From positions 62,510-126,509 of the IMG/VR virus record IMGVR_UViG_3300037755_001279: DNA of 64,000 bases. One strand, given 5' to 3'. Source of the DNA: a virus. The position numbers were made by a program, and so were the translations under genes. Under the pieces are notes generated by a model. That model was not told where the DNA came from. It searched no databases and worked only from the letters and a program-made list of their open reading frames with translations. Shown piece by piece: positions 39,717-50,382 of this stretch (the first letter of the stretch is position 1; the number at the start of each line of letters is the position of its first letter).

Positions 39717-40745
39717 TCATCGACCTCGGATGGCATCGAGGCTCGGCGGGCGTTCACCGGCGCGAATTGCCTGACCGATTCGACACGGGTTGGCGTGCTG
39801 CCCGCCCCAAATGCCGCAGGCCTTGCACCGGTTGGATGTATCCGGGCCGGCCTCCAGCTTGAACTGTTTGCGGTACTGCATCCATCCGGTGAACGGCCCG
39901 TGCTTTTCGCCAGGTGTGGCCATGTTCGGGTGCTCGAACGGGCTGAAATGCCCCGGGCCGCCGTCAGACATGTTCGACAGCAGCTTGTCGTGCAACGTGA
40001 TGTCTTCGGAGACGTCGCGGACGCCGTTGTGGGTCAGGTAACTGACGCGGGCACAACGACCGGTGGAGATCTTCTTGAGAGCGTCGAGCGTACGGTCACC
40101 GACGGCATCAAGTGCAGCTACGTCATACGGCAGGCGGTCAACCGCTTGCGTAACGTGCGGTGCTGCCGCCGCGGCTGACGTCATCGCATCATCTGCCATC
40201 GGCAGGTGCCACTCACCGCGCGCCCGGTAGACCGGCATGTTGTCGTGGTACAACTCCCACATCAACGTCGCCAGGCGCTGGAAGTGCGGCTCGGCGTCCT
40301 TGTGCTTGCGCAGGTGGAAGAAGTTGGCCCACTCGGTAGCCGTGATGATGATCGTGATCGACATCCACGGCTCGATGACACGGTTGACGATCTGCTTGTG
40401 CAGCCCCAGCCGCTCACCCTCGGCATGGTGCGCCGTCATCAGATCGACGCCACGCATCCACCAGTCGTACGCAGCGACCGCGTCGTCAACCTCACCGCCG
40501 GCCTGCATCCCACGCTGGTTCTTGCCCCACTCGATGGGCACGAATGGGTGATCGACGATGCGCTGACGCAGCGTCGCCGCCGGGATGGCCCGGCTGCTGG
40601 CACTGTTTCGGCGCAGCATCCCGTGCGTCAGAACTTCAGAATGAATGGCGCGCGGGTAGGTCCACTCGGCGGTCGTGATGCGGTCGCCGTTGTCATTGAT
40701 CGAATCGGCGATGGGCTTGACGGTGATTTCGGCGGGGCTGATCAT
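39717..40745 (-). CDS. thyX: Flavin-dependent thymidylate synthase
   Basis: NSASSRAIP, HKQIVNR, W-x-NFFHLR, CARVSY, SPFEH. Confidence 0.88.
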   Translation of the reverse strand: MISPAEITVKPIADSINDNGDRITTAEWTYPRAIHSEVLTHGMLRRNSASSRAIPAATLRQRIVDHPFVPIEWGKNQRGMQAGGEVDDAVAAYDWWMRGVDLMTAHHAEGERLGLHKQIVNRVIEPWMSITIIITATEWANFFHLRKHKDAEPHFQRLATLMWELYHDNMPVYRARGEWHLPMADDAMTSAAAAAPHVTQAVDRLPYDVAALDAVGDRTLDALKKISTGRCARVSYLTHNGVRDVSEDITLHDKLLSNMSDGGPGHFSPFEHPNMATPGEKHGPFTGWMQYRKQFKLEAGPDTSNRCKACGIWGGQHANPCRIGQAIRAGERPPSLDAIRGR

Positions 40746-41527
40746 GATTTCCTTGGTGCACGCTTGCGCTTGCGTTCCTTGGCGACGGCAGCGCCCGCTT
40801 GTCGGGCACGGTACGGAGCATCAGAACACGACGATGCCGAGGTAGAGCACTTCGCCAGGTCCGATCGTTGCCTCGAATGCCTTGCACACCACCTCGACGT
40901 CCAACGATGGCACCGGCAGGTACATCGGCTCGAACACCGACCCGTCCGGTTGCACGGTTGGCAACATCTGCTGGACGTCCCCGAAGACGTAGCAAGTCAA
41001 CGGATTCCCGCTACGCGGCGCGCCATCATTGTCGATCCAGCACACCTTGCGAACCAACGCGGCTAACGCATGGTGCACGGGAAGCGTACAACGATCACCG
41101 CTGATCCACGCCGCGTCGTCGTCCACGTACCCGGGCGCTGCAGCAGGCAACCCATACTCACCGGTTTTGACCAGACGCATTCCATGTCTCCTTTTCAAGC
41201 GCGGCGCACCAACGCATCGTTGACAGCAATCGCCGCCGACGGCAATGCGCGCAGCGCTTAGTCTGTGACCGCGGCCGCCGGATACCCATCACCGATCATC
41301 CCGCAGCCGACGCAGCGCGAACGCCGCCTCCGAGAGCTTGCGCTGCCCGACTTCGTCAAGGGTGAATCGAACGTCGAGATCACCCTTGCGTGGCCGCCGA
41401 GCCTTGTCACCGAGCGCCAGGATCTCGCGTTCCAGTCGGTGGATGATGACGTAGAACGCCGTGCTGTTCTTCGCGCGTCGGTCAGCCACGGCCTTGCGCC
41501 GTGCGCGCGTCTGCTTGAGGCTACGGG

Positions 41528-41890
41528 TCATTTCGGTTGTCCGTTCTTCAGGTAGTCGATGTAGCAGTCGAGGTACCACCGCGACTTTTCCAAGTCCTCG
41601 ATGGTCTTCGCTGGGTCTTTCTTTCCCGCACGGCTGATGTACTTGACGGCGTTGCCGAGACAAAACCCCAGCTGCCAGGCGAGGATGACCTTGATGGCTT
41701 CGTACGGATTGTCCCCACCGCCGTAGTGCGCTGGGTGGTTGACGGTTTCACGATCGACGGCCTCACCGGCTTTGGACACAAACCCGGCGCACCCGCACAT
41801 CACGGTCATACCACCGGCACCACCGATCAACACGCGCGTAGTACATTGTGCAGTGGTATGCGCATGGCCACAGACGCAGACGTCAGCCAC
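41528..41890 (-). CDS. DUF3310 (SaV-like) protein
   Basis: VNHPAHY...GFCLGNAVKYISRAGKK...EDLEKSRWYL. Confidence 0.85.
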   Translation of the reverse strand: MADVCVCGHAHTTAQCTTRVLIGGAGGMTVMCGCAGFVSKAGEAVDRETVNHPAHYGGGDNPYEAIKVILAWQLGFCLGNAVKYISRAGKKDPAKTIEDLEKSRWYLDCYIDYLKNGQPK

Positions 41891-42590
41891 AGGCCACCGC
41901 CGACGCGCGCGTCCACGACAGCTCGGCCGCGTCCGTCGACCGATCGCCGACCACCGACATGAGGTCTTTGAAGCCGCTCGGCGTCCACAGCTTGGGTGAG
42001 TCGTAGCGGATGTAGAACCCCGGTGGCTGAATGTGCGCGGCGCGCCGCGTCGCCGGCGTCACCCATGAGCTGGTCAACGATGCGACCTGCCGCCTGTCGA
42101 TCAAGACGCGCAGCGCACGCTGGATGCCGCGGTCCGAGATGCCGCCGTAGTCATTGCGAACGGCGTTGCGCAGCTCATCAAACGACCGCGGGACGTAGTT
42201 CCCGATAGCATTGAACGTCGAGTTGACCAGCTCTTCACCGGCCTCGCAAAACCGCGCCCTGGCCTTGAAGACCATGCGATCATGCTGCCGCGCGCCGGTG
42301 CAGTAGACGCAACGATCGGCGTCCGCGTCCCAGGAAGTGCCGCAGTCGCTGCACGCCGTCTGCAGCGGCCCGAGCTGATAGACCCAACCGGTGGGTGCGG
42401 TTTCGTCACCCTCGCCGTCGTCGTCTTCGTCCTCATCGTACGCATCCTCGTCGAAGTCGTCGAGGATAGCTTCACGCCGCGCCACGATGGTGCGGGCGGC
42501 GACGCCATGGGCCTTGTGAACCCACTCGCGATCGCAGTCCGGGTCGCGGCAGTACGAGAGCAGTTCAAGATCGAATTTGTCAAACGCCAT
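41883..42590 (-). CDS. Acidic zinc-finger protein with C-terminal wHTH-like region
   Basis: CxxxxC/H cluster, Asp/Glu tract, CxxC pairs, ISDRGIQRALRVL. Confidence 0.5.
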   Translation of the reverse strand: MAFDKFDLELLSYCRDPDCDREWVHKAHGVAARTIVARREAILDDFDEDAYDEDEDDDGEGDETAPTGWVYQLGPLQTACSDCGTSWDADADRCVYCTGARQHDRMVFKARARFCEAGEELVNSTFNAIGNYVPRSFDELRNAVRNDYGGISDRGIQRALRVLIDRRQVASLTSSWVTPATRRAAHIQPPGFYIRYDSPKLWTPSGFKDLMSVVGDRSTDAAELSWTRASAVACG

Positions 42591-42630
42591 CCGCGGAGCC
42601 CCCACTCTACGGTTTGAGGTTTTTGCAGCC

Positions 42631-42701
42631 GATGCTTCGAAGCTAGCGCGTCCATGGTCCATGGCCCCCGCAAGCGGTGGGCGCGCTAGCTTCCAGGCAT
42701 C
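42631..42701. repeat. Long intergenic hairpin
   Basis: GAAGCTAGCGCG (42639-42650) and CGCGCTAGCTTC (42682-42693), extended by GATGC/GCATC. Confidence 0.75.
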
Positions 42702-42742
42702 GCCTGTTACCAAGGCAACGACCGAAAAGATCGCCTACGCGA

Positions 42743-43339
42743 TCACCGGCTGGCCGGACGGGTCGGGGGCGCCGCCGGCCGCGAGGGGGGCGCGGCCGGA
42801 CGGGCCGGCGCCGCCGGCGGGCGCGACGGCGGAGCGCTCGCGGCCTTGGCACCACCGGTGGCGACGGCCGCCTCGTCCTCGATCGGACGTTCCATCGAGA
42901 GGCTGGCGCTGGTCATGTCGACGGTCTGCTGAGTCTCGGGCTTGTACACGCCGCGGGTCTCATGCCGGCAGGTCGCGTACATCCGCTTGCCGACCACATC
43001 GCCGCCGGCGAAGCCGCCGTTCTGGTCGAGCGGCACCCGCAACGAGTTGCGGAAGACGTGGACGATGCGGCCGCGATGCGCGGGCTTGAACTTGTCACCG
43101 GCGCACAGGTACCACTGCGTCATCTCCTCGCCAGCCGCGTTGCCGTCGACGACCTTGTACTTGACGACGATGTTCATGCCGTCGCCCGCCTTGGTCGGCG
43201 TCTGCGTGCACTCGATCGCCTCGAAGAGATGCTCACCCTCGGGAACGTTGGTGCCGCCGTTGCCACCGACGCCGTCCCACGGCTTGATGGTCTCGTCGGC
43301 CATGTTGAAGCCGTCGTACACAAAGTTCTGCTCGCTCAT
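42743..43339 (-). CDS. DUF669-like ssDNA-binding protein
   Basis: VPEGEH-x-F...IVVKYKVVDG...G; lies next to the Sak4-like ATPase; Pro/Ala tail. Confidence 0.6.
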   Translation of the reverse strand: MSEQNFVYDGFNMADETIKPWDGVGGNGGTNVPEGEHLFEAIECTQTPTKAGDGMNIVVKYKVVDGNAAGEEMTQWYLCAGDKFKPAHRGRIVHVFRNSLRVPLDQNGGFAGGDVVGKRMYATCRHETRGVYKPETQQTVDMTSASLSMERPIEDEAAVATGGAKAASAPPSRPPAAPARPAAPPSRPAAPPTRPASR

Positions 43340-43415
43340 TGTCTTCTCTCTTGTGGTTTGGTTGAGGGCTAGATGCCCGCTGACGCCGCCCTCAACGGGT
43401 GCGCCAGATGAAAAA

Positions 43416-44321
43416 TCAGCGCGGCCGCGGGCCGGGCTTGGTCGGAGACGCCTTGGGTGCCGCTGGTGCCGCGCGTGCGGCCAGCAATGCCGCCACGGCC
43501 TGAGCCTGTTTGGCGGCAAGCGCCGCCTTGACCGTGTCCGGGACGTTCTTCGGCGTGTACTCCGGCAGCGACAAGATGTCAGCGATGCCACGAAAGCTCG
43601 GGAACTGGATCGCGTCCGGCAGCTTGCCGCCGTCACGGCCACCGCCGATGTACCCACCGAAACCGTTGGTCTGGACTTCCCAGACCTTCACCATCGGCGG
43701 CAGGCTCGGGTCCTCAGCTGCGTCGATGTTCGGCGCTTCGTATCGGCGGTGGTAGAAGATGTAGTCGCAGCCAGCCGGAAAGCGCATCCGCGACTTGCCC
43801 GACAACATCGGACCGCCGGGATTCTCATCGTCCGGCGCCGCCGCTAGCGCCGTCCAGACGACGTTGCAAGGCAACCGGTGGATCTGCTGCCGTGTGTACG
43901 ACAGGTGATTTGCCATCGCGCCGTAGAGACCGCGCGTGTCGACACCCTTGGGGCCAGGGTTCTTGAGCATCTTCTGATGCTCGGCTTGAAACCACGACTC
44001 GGCGTAGAACGTCAGCGAGTCGACGACGATGGTGTCGATGTACCCGAGACGAACCCACTCCTCGGCGATGGCGATGGCCTCGGTCATGCTGCCCTGGTCG
44101 TAGACCGGCAGCACCTCGGGCCCCTTGTCGTGATAGAACCACGCCGCGTTCATCTCTTCGAGCGTGGTCCAGCCGCGCTCGGTGGCGTCGGCGATGAAGA
44201 CGGCGTTGGGAAAAGTCCCTGCAAACTGCGTCTTGCCGCTGCGAGGATCGCCGTAGCACAGGAACGTGCGGAACTGCGCCGCCGACGACTTGCCGGACTT
44301 GATGGTGATGGGATTGATCAC
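43416..44321 (-). CDS. Sak4-like AAA ATPase (recombinase)
   Basis: YGDPRSGKT Walker A, TIVVDSLT Walker B. Confidence 0.8.
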   Translation of the reverse strand: MINPITIKSGKSSAAQFRTFLCYGDPRSGKTQFAGTFPNAVFIADATERGWTTLEEMNAAWFYHDKGPEVLPVYDQGSMTEAIAIAEEWVRLGYIDTIVVDSLTFYAESWFQAEHQKMLKNPGPKGVDTRGLYGAMANHLSYTRQQIHRLPCNVVWTALAAAPDDENPGGPMLSGKSRMRFPAGCDYIFYHRRYEAPNIDAAEDPSLPPMVKVWEVQTNGFGGYIGGGRDGGKLPDAIQFPSFRGIADILSLPEYTPKNVPDTVKAALAAKQAQAVAALLAARAAPAAPKASPTKPGPRPR

Positions 44322-44655
44322 GCGGCAGGCTCCTGCGACGCCACGGCGCCAGGCTCGGTCCAGTTGATCTTGAGCGCGCCGGTGCGCGGGTTGTACTGAT
44401 CGTCGGCGACGTACGCCAGCGGCAGCTCTGCAGCCGCCAACAACACGCGAACGAAAATACGGACGCCGTCCGGCGGCACGATCGGGTACCCCTGCATCTT
44501 TTCGGGCGCCGTTACGGCCAACACCCAACACCCGGGCGGCGCGCGGTCCACGGTGATCGTCCAGCCACCGACGCGGCGCACAGCTGTCAGCCCACTTCGC
44601 GCCTCTTCAAGCAGCTCGCCGGTGATCCGTTCCACTTCCATCCGGCTGGATAGCG

Positions 44656-45780
44656 TCATGCACCCTCAATTTCACGCGGCGCGTCGATATCACCGCCAGC
44701 ACAGTGATCGAACAGCTCGCACAGCGTCTGGTACCGCGTGACGCACGCCGAGCGCGACGGCGGGTAGCTGCCGGTGGCCTCGGCCATGGCCATCTCCGCG
44801 TCCCAGACGCGCAGCGACCGGCGGTGGTTCTTCAGCACGGCCTTCGGCGGCTGCACCGGCACCCGGTCGAACTTTGGGATCTTGGTCTTGATGATGCGGT
44901 TCACGACCGCGCCGCGCAGCGGGCCCCACTTCCGGTGGTAGCCGAGCTGTTCGTACAGGTCGATCTCCCCGAAGATCTGGCCGTCGTTGCGCCACTCCTC
45001 ACGGCTAGCGAGCGTGTCAGCTGAGGTCGACTTGTGATTGCACACGTAGACGCCGGGCAGCCACGATTCAAAGGGCGCATCGACGCGGAACACGAGGTCC
45101 CAGCGGCAGCTCTGCCCCGTCCGCGGATCGACCACCAGCTCTTCGACGGCAAGCGGCACGAGCCACGACTCGTCGCGGTACTCCAGCCGATACGCGTCGT
45201 ACAGCCGCCAAGCCTCTTCGAGAAACTCCGGCGTGACCGGGACCAACTCAAAGAAGCGCTTGACCTCGTCGGGCCCGACCGGATACAGCGGGTTGATCCG
45301 CTGCATGTAGTGCACCGCCAGGAAAAGGTGCAACAAGCTGCCGACCTCCAGCGCCTTGGGTCCGGCGCCGTCACCGCGCTCACGCTTGGTGCCGTACTTA
45401 TGCTTCCAGAGGTAGCGGCACCGCTGAAAACAGCTCACGCTCGACCAGCCGCGGGCGCCGGACATGCCGCCGAGCAACGGCAGCTCGACGGCCTCGAAGA
45501 GTTTCTTGGCTGCGTAGTCGGTGCTGTAGAACGTCGGTTCAGCGTTGCCGATGATGAAGGTGCCTGGCGCTGCCACCGTAGCCACCACCTCCGTGCGCAC
45601 CCAGATTTCGCCAGGGGTGTCGGCCAGCTCATGCGTATCGTCCACCGACAACCCGAAGTTGTCGGTGATGACGACGGTGCACGTGCCGCTCTGCGGATGG
45701 AACCACAACCCGTCGTATTGCGACGCGGTCAAGGCTCCGCCACAGAGGAAACATTTCCTCTTGGGGGTACGGGTCTTCAT
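44656..45780 (-). CDS. PD-(D/E)XK (RecB/Cas4-like) exonuclease
   Basis: WSS-x-x-x-FQRC, GSLLH, VEE, RWDLV, NHKST, C-terminal Cys cluster. Confidence 0.75.
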   Translation of the reverse strand: MKTRTPKRKCFLCGGALTASQYDGLWFHPQSGTCTVVITDNFGLSVDDTHELADTPGEIWVRTEVVATVAAPGTFIIGNAEPTFYSTDYAAKKLFEAVELPLLGGMSGARGWSSVSCFQRCRYLWKHKYGTKRERGDGAGPKALEVGSLLHLFLAVHYMQRINPLYPVGPDEVKRFFELVPVTPEFLEEAWRLYDAYRLEYRDESWLVPLAVEELVVDPRTGQSCRWDLVFRVDAPFESWLPGVYVCNHKSTSADTLASREEWRNDGQIFGEIDLYEQLGYHRKWGPLRGAVVNRIIKTKIPKFDRVPVQPPKAVLKNHRRSLRVWDAEMAMAEATGSYPPSRSACVTRYQTLCELFDHCAGGDIDAPREIEGA

Positions 45781-45877
45781 GCTGTCCGATGCGGCTTCGC
45801 GCGGCGCCCTTGATTCCCATCCGAAGGCGCCGTGCTAGCGAGGCTCAACCTGTAGCACAGGGGTCCGACGGCACGCG

Positions 45878-47437
45878 CTAACGCTCGCCGGAAAAAGCGC
45901 CGGCGCCCCCCGAGACGATCTCGTTGAGCTTTGCGAGGAGCGCTTCATCCACAGGTTCGTCTGTGGATAAATCGAAGCCGGAACCTGCGGCCGGCATTGC
46001 AGAAGCTGCACCGCGGGCGAGCTTTGCCACCACTTTATCCACAAGCAGCTGTTCGACCGGATGGCGCACGCGAAAAAAAGTTGAGGTCATCACGCGGGTC
46101 GGGTCAAACCCGCGCATCTCACCCTGGTAGACCACCGCCGGCGTCCAGTCGATCTCAGTGAAAAGCGTGTCCGACGCGTGCGACAGGTCAAGGCCGACCT
46201 GGCCGACGCTCAGCGTGGCGGCAAGCGCGCCGTACGGGTCATCGCGCCACGCGTCGAGTGTCGCCATTCGCTTCGCAACGGGCATGTCGCCGTGGATCAT
46301 GTATGCGTGGCGCCCGGCCTCGTTGATCAGCTTGGCCGTGGCCTTAGCGACGTCCTTGTGCCAGCTCCAAATGATCGACGGCCCCGCCAATGCCAACGCC
46401 GCCGCCGCCACCGCAGGCACCTTGAGTTTTGCGGTCGCCTGCCGGTACCGGTTGATGGCGCCGATGGTGCTGTCTTCGACCGCAGCGTCACGCAGCGCCT
46501 CGGCCGTGATGTCCAGCTCGTCGAACGCAGTGCTGTCGATGTCAACGTCGACGAATCGGCGGATCGTTGGCGTCAGGTCCGGGCGCTCGGTGCGCCAATC
46601 GGCCTGGAAAACGACCTCGGCACGCCGCTGATGCCACTCTTCCTCGTTGGAGATCTCCCCGTAGATCCAACCGTACTCGCCGGGGACCGGCGAACAATGC
46701 CTCTGGTTGAAATTGAACGGCGATGATCCCCACGCGCCCGGGTTGGCAATCGTGAGCAGCGGCCACAAACCCTTCGTCGAATTCCACAGCGGCGTACCGG
46801 TCAAGACGATCACGCGCTTGGCTAGGATGGCGAAGTTGCGGACCGCCTTCGAGCGCTGGCTACCAACGTTAGCCAGCAGGTGTGCCTCATCGACGATCAA
46901 CGTCCCGGGCGCAAGCGCAAGCAGATGCTGGTGCGCCGCGATATCGTAGTGGCAAAAGATGAAGTCGGCCTTGCGGATCGCGGCAACGTCAAGCGTGCGC
47001 CCTTCCAGGCAGAGCACGTCGGCGCCGGGGAACACACGTTCGATCCAATCGACCCAAACCTGGCGCACGTCGAGCGGCGCAAGAATGACAAGTGGGCCGG
47101 TCTTTGGATCGTGCAGCGTCAAGGCAAGGCTCGTCTTGCCCATGCGCGGCTCAGCTACAATCAGCGTGCCGCGCCGCGTTTCCATCCATGCGCGCGCGCG
47201 CCGCTGCCACGGGCGGTACGTCACGCCGCGGTCTTCGTCGACCTCGGGCACCTCCGGCGTCGCCGGCACGGGCAGCCCGGCGGCGCGCAGCAACGGCAGA
47301 TGCGATCGATGGATTTCGCAGACGCCACCGGGGCGCCCGATGACGCCCGGGACGCCGGGGTCCAGCAGCTGCGCCCAGGCGATCGGGATGAGCCACCAAT
47401 CGTTGCGCCCGGCCGGGGTGATCGCCGGCTTTGTCAC
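45878..47437 (-). CDS. SNF2-family helicase
   Basis: EPRMGKT, VDEAH, LTGTP, VGLDL, DWTP-x-x-x-x-QGEMR. Confidence 0.88.
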   Translation of the reverse strand: MTKPAITPAGRNDWWLIPIAWAQLLDPGVPGVIGRPGGVCEIHRSHLPLLRAAGLPVPATPEVPEVDEDRGVTYRPWQRRARAWMETRRGTLIVAEPRMGKTSLALTLHDPKTGPLVILAPLDVRQVWVDWIERVFPGADVLCLEGRTLDVAAIRKADFIFCHYDIAAHQHLLALAPGTLIVDEAHLLANVGSQRSKAVRNFAILAKRVIVLTGTPLWNSTKGLWPLLTIANPGAWGSSPFNFNQRHCSPVPGEYGWIYGEISNEEEWHQRRAEVVFQADWRTERPDLTPTIRRFVDVDIDSTAFDELDITAEALRDAAVEDSTIGAINRYRQATAKLKVPAVAAAALALAGPSIIWSWHKDVAKATAKLINEAGRHAYMIHGDMPVAKRMATLDAWRDDPYGALAATLSVGQVGLDLSHASDTLFTEIDWTPAVVYQGEMRGFDPTRVMTSTFFRVRHPVEQLLVDKVVAKLARGAASAMPAAGSGFDLSTDEPVDEALLAKLNEIVSGGAGAFSGER

Positions 47438-47748
47438 GTCAATGCCTCGGCGCAGCGCAAGCACGGCCAGCTGGTCGGCGTCTGGGGACTTCGATCCGCA
47501 ACCGCCGGCTGCGCCTCAACCGTATGCCCGCAGGTCAACGTGACGCGCCAACCACGCAGCGCACCGGCCGTCGTCAGCTGAACAACGCGCACAACGGCGT
47601 GCACCGGGATCTCCACGGCTCGCCATACCACAAGGCTCCGACGGGCTACGACGGGTGGACGGCGTGCACCAGCCGACCACAAGATCTAGTAGACGAAGGC
47701 CATCATCACCGACACGTCGGGCCCCGGTGCTAGGTTGACGATCCGCCT

Positions 47749-49383
47749 GTGACGTTGCTCCTCCCCGCAGATTTCCAGAACCATCGTATGCGGTTGCGGA
47801 CGGTCATCGAAGGCCTGCGCAACGCACCGGCCAGCGACCAGGCGCAGGGCGCCGGGCAGAACATCCTCGACATCGAACAGGCCAACGGCGGTCGTTTCAT
47901 CATCGTTGATGGTGAGCCGCATCTGTTCACGGGCTTCGGCAAGAAGTTGCTGCCGCTACAACACGGCGATCCGCGTTGGGCGGCACACCTCCTGATGATC
48001 TATGGCCTCAACACCAAGGACAAAGAAGTGTCGCCCAAAATCACCAACGTGCTCGCCAGCTTCGCGCTGTGGAACGGTGCCAAGATGTCGCCGCGACGCT
48101 GGACGGCGTTCGTCGATGGCGCCTTGTACCTTAGCCGATACAACGGCACGATGCTGCGCCTCACCGGGTCCGGCGTCGAAGAGGACGAACGCGGATTCTT
48201 GGTCGACGACGCGTGGCGCCGCGGTACGCCGGCGGGCACCAACCCGATCGTGGCCGACGTGATCGACAACGGCCGCACGGTGCTCTTCGCCGATGATGAC
48301 AGCGGATCGATGCCCGACGAGCCGGTCATCGGCCGCAACGGCCGGCTATTTCGAATTCTACGCGGCGTCAATTGGTCGCGCAGCACCGTCGGCGGCTTGA
48401 AGCCCAAGCACCAGGTGCAGGTATTGATGATCTGGATGCTGGCGACGGCGTTCCCGGACATTTTCCCGACCAAGCCGATCTTACTCGTCGAGGGCGCGCC
48501 CAACTCCGGCAAGAGTACCCTCATGCAGATGATCCAGCAGGCACTGTTCGGCGCCATCGAGCCGTTCGTCGTCAGCGAAAACGGCGAGCGTGATTTTTGG
48601 GTCGCGCTCATGCGCAGCCCCCTCATGGTGCTCGACAACGCCGACGATCTGATCGACTGGCTGCCGTCAACGATCAACGCATACGTCACCCGCGGCTACC
48701 GGACAGAGCGCCGGCTGCACACCAACACCGGCCGCGTCGAGATCCGGCCGCAGTCGTTCATCGCCGTAGCATCCAAGGACCCCAAAAGTTTTCGTCGCGA
48801 GGACACCGCGGACCGCAGCATCGTCCTGCGGATGGATAGTCGCTTCGTACCCGGCGGCGTCGGCGGTGACAGCGCGCAGGCGCTGACAGCCGCCGTGGCA
48901 CAGGACCGCGCGCGCATCTACGGCGAATGGTTGTACTATCTCAACCGCGTCGTTGCCGCGCTACGGCTTGAACCGCCGCGGCGTACGACCACGCGCCTGG
49001 GTGATTTCGAACTGTTCGCGTATGCCGCGTGCCGCGCGCTGGGCTGGCAAAGCAGCGTCGTCGTGCCGGACTTGATGGCCGCGCTCGGGCGCGAGCGCGC
49101 CGTGTTCGCCGCCGAAGCTGACATTGTCCTCGACATTATCAACGATTGGATCAGCGGCTTCCCTGCGAATGAAGGGCGGCAGATCAGCGTCCGCGATCTC
49201 TTCCGCGACCTCGCCATGCTCGCCCAGGCCAACAACAAGCCGTTCGTCAAGACGCCGCAAGCGTTGGCACAGCGGCTGCGCGCGCCGCACATGCGCGTCG
49301 CCTTTGACATCTACGACCAGATGATCGGTGACAAACGCATCTACCAGATCTTCACGCCGCAAAAACCGACGGAGGCAAATTGA
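47749..49383 (+). CDS. SF3-like replicative helicase (primase-associated type)
   Basis: GAPNSGKST, MVLDN, RRLHTN, DRS; conserved promoter at 47715-47736. Confidence 0.75.
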   Translation: MTLLLPADFQNHRMRLRTVIEGLRNAPASDQAQGAGQNILDIEQANGGRFIIVDGEPHLFTGFGKKLLPLQHGDPRWAAHLLMIYGLNTKDKEVSPKITNVLASFALWNGAKMSPRRWTAFVDGALYLSRYNGTMLRLTGSGVEEDERGFLVDDAWRRGTPAGTNPIVADVIDNGRTVLFADDDSGSMPDEPVIGRNGRLFRILRGVNWSRSTVGGLKPKHQVQVLMIWMLATAFPDIFPTKPILLVEGAPNSGKSTLMQMIQQALFGAIEPFVVSENGERDFWVALMRSPLMVLDNADDLIDWLPSTINAYVTRGYRTERRLHTNTGRVEIRPQSFIAVASKDPKSFRREDTADRSIVLRMDSRFVPGGVGGDSAQALTAAVAQDRARIYGEWLYYLNRVVAALRLEPPRRTTTRLGDFELFAYAACRALGWQSSVVVPDLMAALGRERAVFAAEADIVLDIINDWISGFPANEGRQISVRDLFRDLAMLAQANNKPFVKTPQALAQRLRAPHMRVAFDIYDQMIGDKRIYQIFTPQKPTEAN

Positions 49384-49384
49384 G

Positions 49385-49858
49385 ATGAGCGACGCGCTGA
49401 ATGACCGGATCGAAGAGCTGGAAGCGGCCATCGCTGAGTTGGGTCCATGGACAATGCTCAACCCCATCATCGCGAATATTTTGATCGCGCGTGACCGGGC
49501 GATTCTCGACGTGCTGTACCGCCGGCGCGGCGACAACCCGTCGCGGCACAGCGCGGAACCCATCAAGCTACAAATCCGCGACGGCAACACGGCGCAGCGC
49601 ACGATGATGATTGCCACTGCCGTCGTCAAAATCGGAAGCGCTGCAAGCAGCCATGTGATCGTCCCGCGCGCAGAGCCGGTACACGTGACGCTGCATCGAG
49701 CAGCCGACGGTACCGTCTGGGGCATGAATATCCATCCACGTGGTGAAGGTGTCGCTTACAGCACACCGGCAGCGTCTGGCGACCTGCAGCACACCGTGCC
49801 GCTGCCATCCGGGTCCTGGATCCGCATCGACCGCACCCTGATCACTATCGACGGCTAA
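49385..49858 (+). CDS. Degenerate FHA-domain protein
   Basis: VVKIGSAASSHVIV...VHVTL...LPSGSWIRIDRTLITI follows the FHA strand pattern. Confidence 0.5.
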   Translation: MSDALNDRIEELEAAIAELGPWTMLNPIIANILIARDRAILDVLYRRRGDNPSRHSAEPIKLQIRDGNTAQRTMMIATAVVKIGSAASSHVIVPRAEPVHVTLHRAADGTVWGMNIHPRGEGVAYSTPAASGDLQHTVPLPSGSWIRIDRTLITIDG

Positions 49859-50382
49859 GCCCGTCGGGCCCCCATGCTAAGGTATCTCCATCACACGATC
49901 CGCCCCATGAACAACATCGCAGGCATTGCCCCCGGTTGGTTGATCGGCTACCTCGTCCACGAAGACGACGCAGGCTGTGAATACCGACTACTGCCGGTCA
50001 TCAGCCTTGCGGGCGACCCAGGCGGCGGCCCGGCTATTGATCCGATCGTCATGCTTCCCGACGGGCAGACCGCACGCGCCAGTAGCGTTGCCGAGACCGC
50101 GTTCTCGGTCGGGCCGACCGACGACGCACAGAAGATTGCGGCAGCGCACGCCGCCACCCGCGGCCGCAGCCTACGGAGCGCAGCGTGAAGTTCCTTGCCG
50201 CCCTGGCAATTTGGATCGCCCTGGCTGTCACGATCGGCTGCGCGGTCGCTGTGTACCGCGGCGCGGCCGTGTGGGTCGCCGCTGGCATCGTCCTGGCCCC
50301 CACCGTCGGCAGCCTCATTGCCATCGCGCTGTTCGAACGAAGCCACCGCTAGCCCACCAAGCTGTGGTACCGTGGTTGCACA

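Noticed and set aside
44656-45780. Cas4-like nuclease as evidence of CRISPR-Cas
   Set aside because: No repeat-spacer array or other cas genes; its position beside Sak4 and SSB-like genes is a standard phage recombination module
47686-47922. 78-aa minus-strand ORF
   Set aside because: Overlaps the helicase start and its conserved promoter; likely shadow
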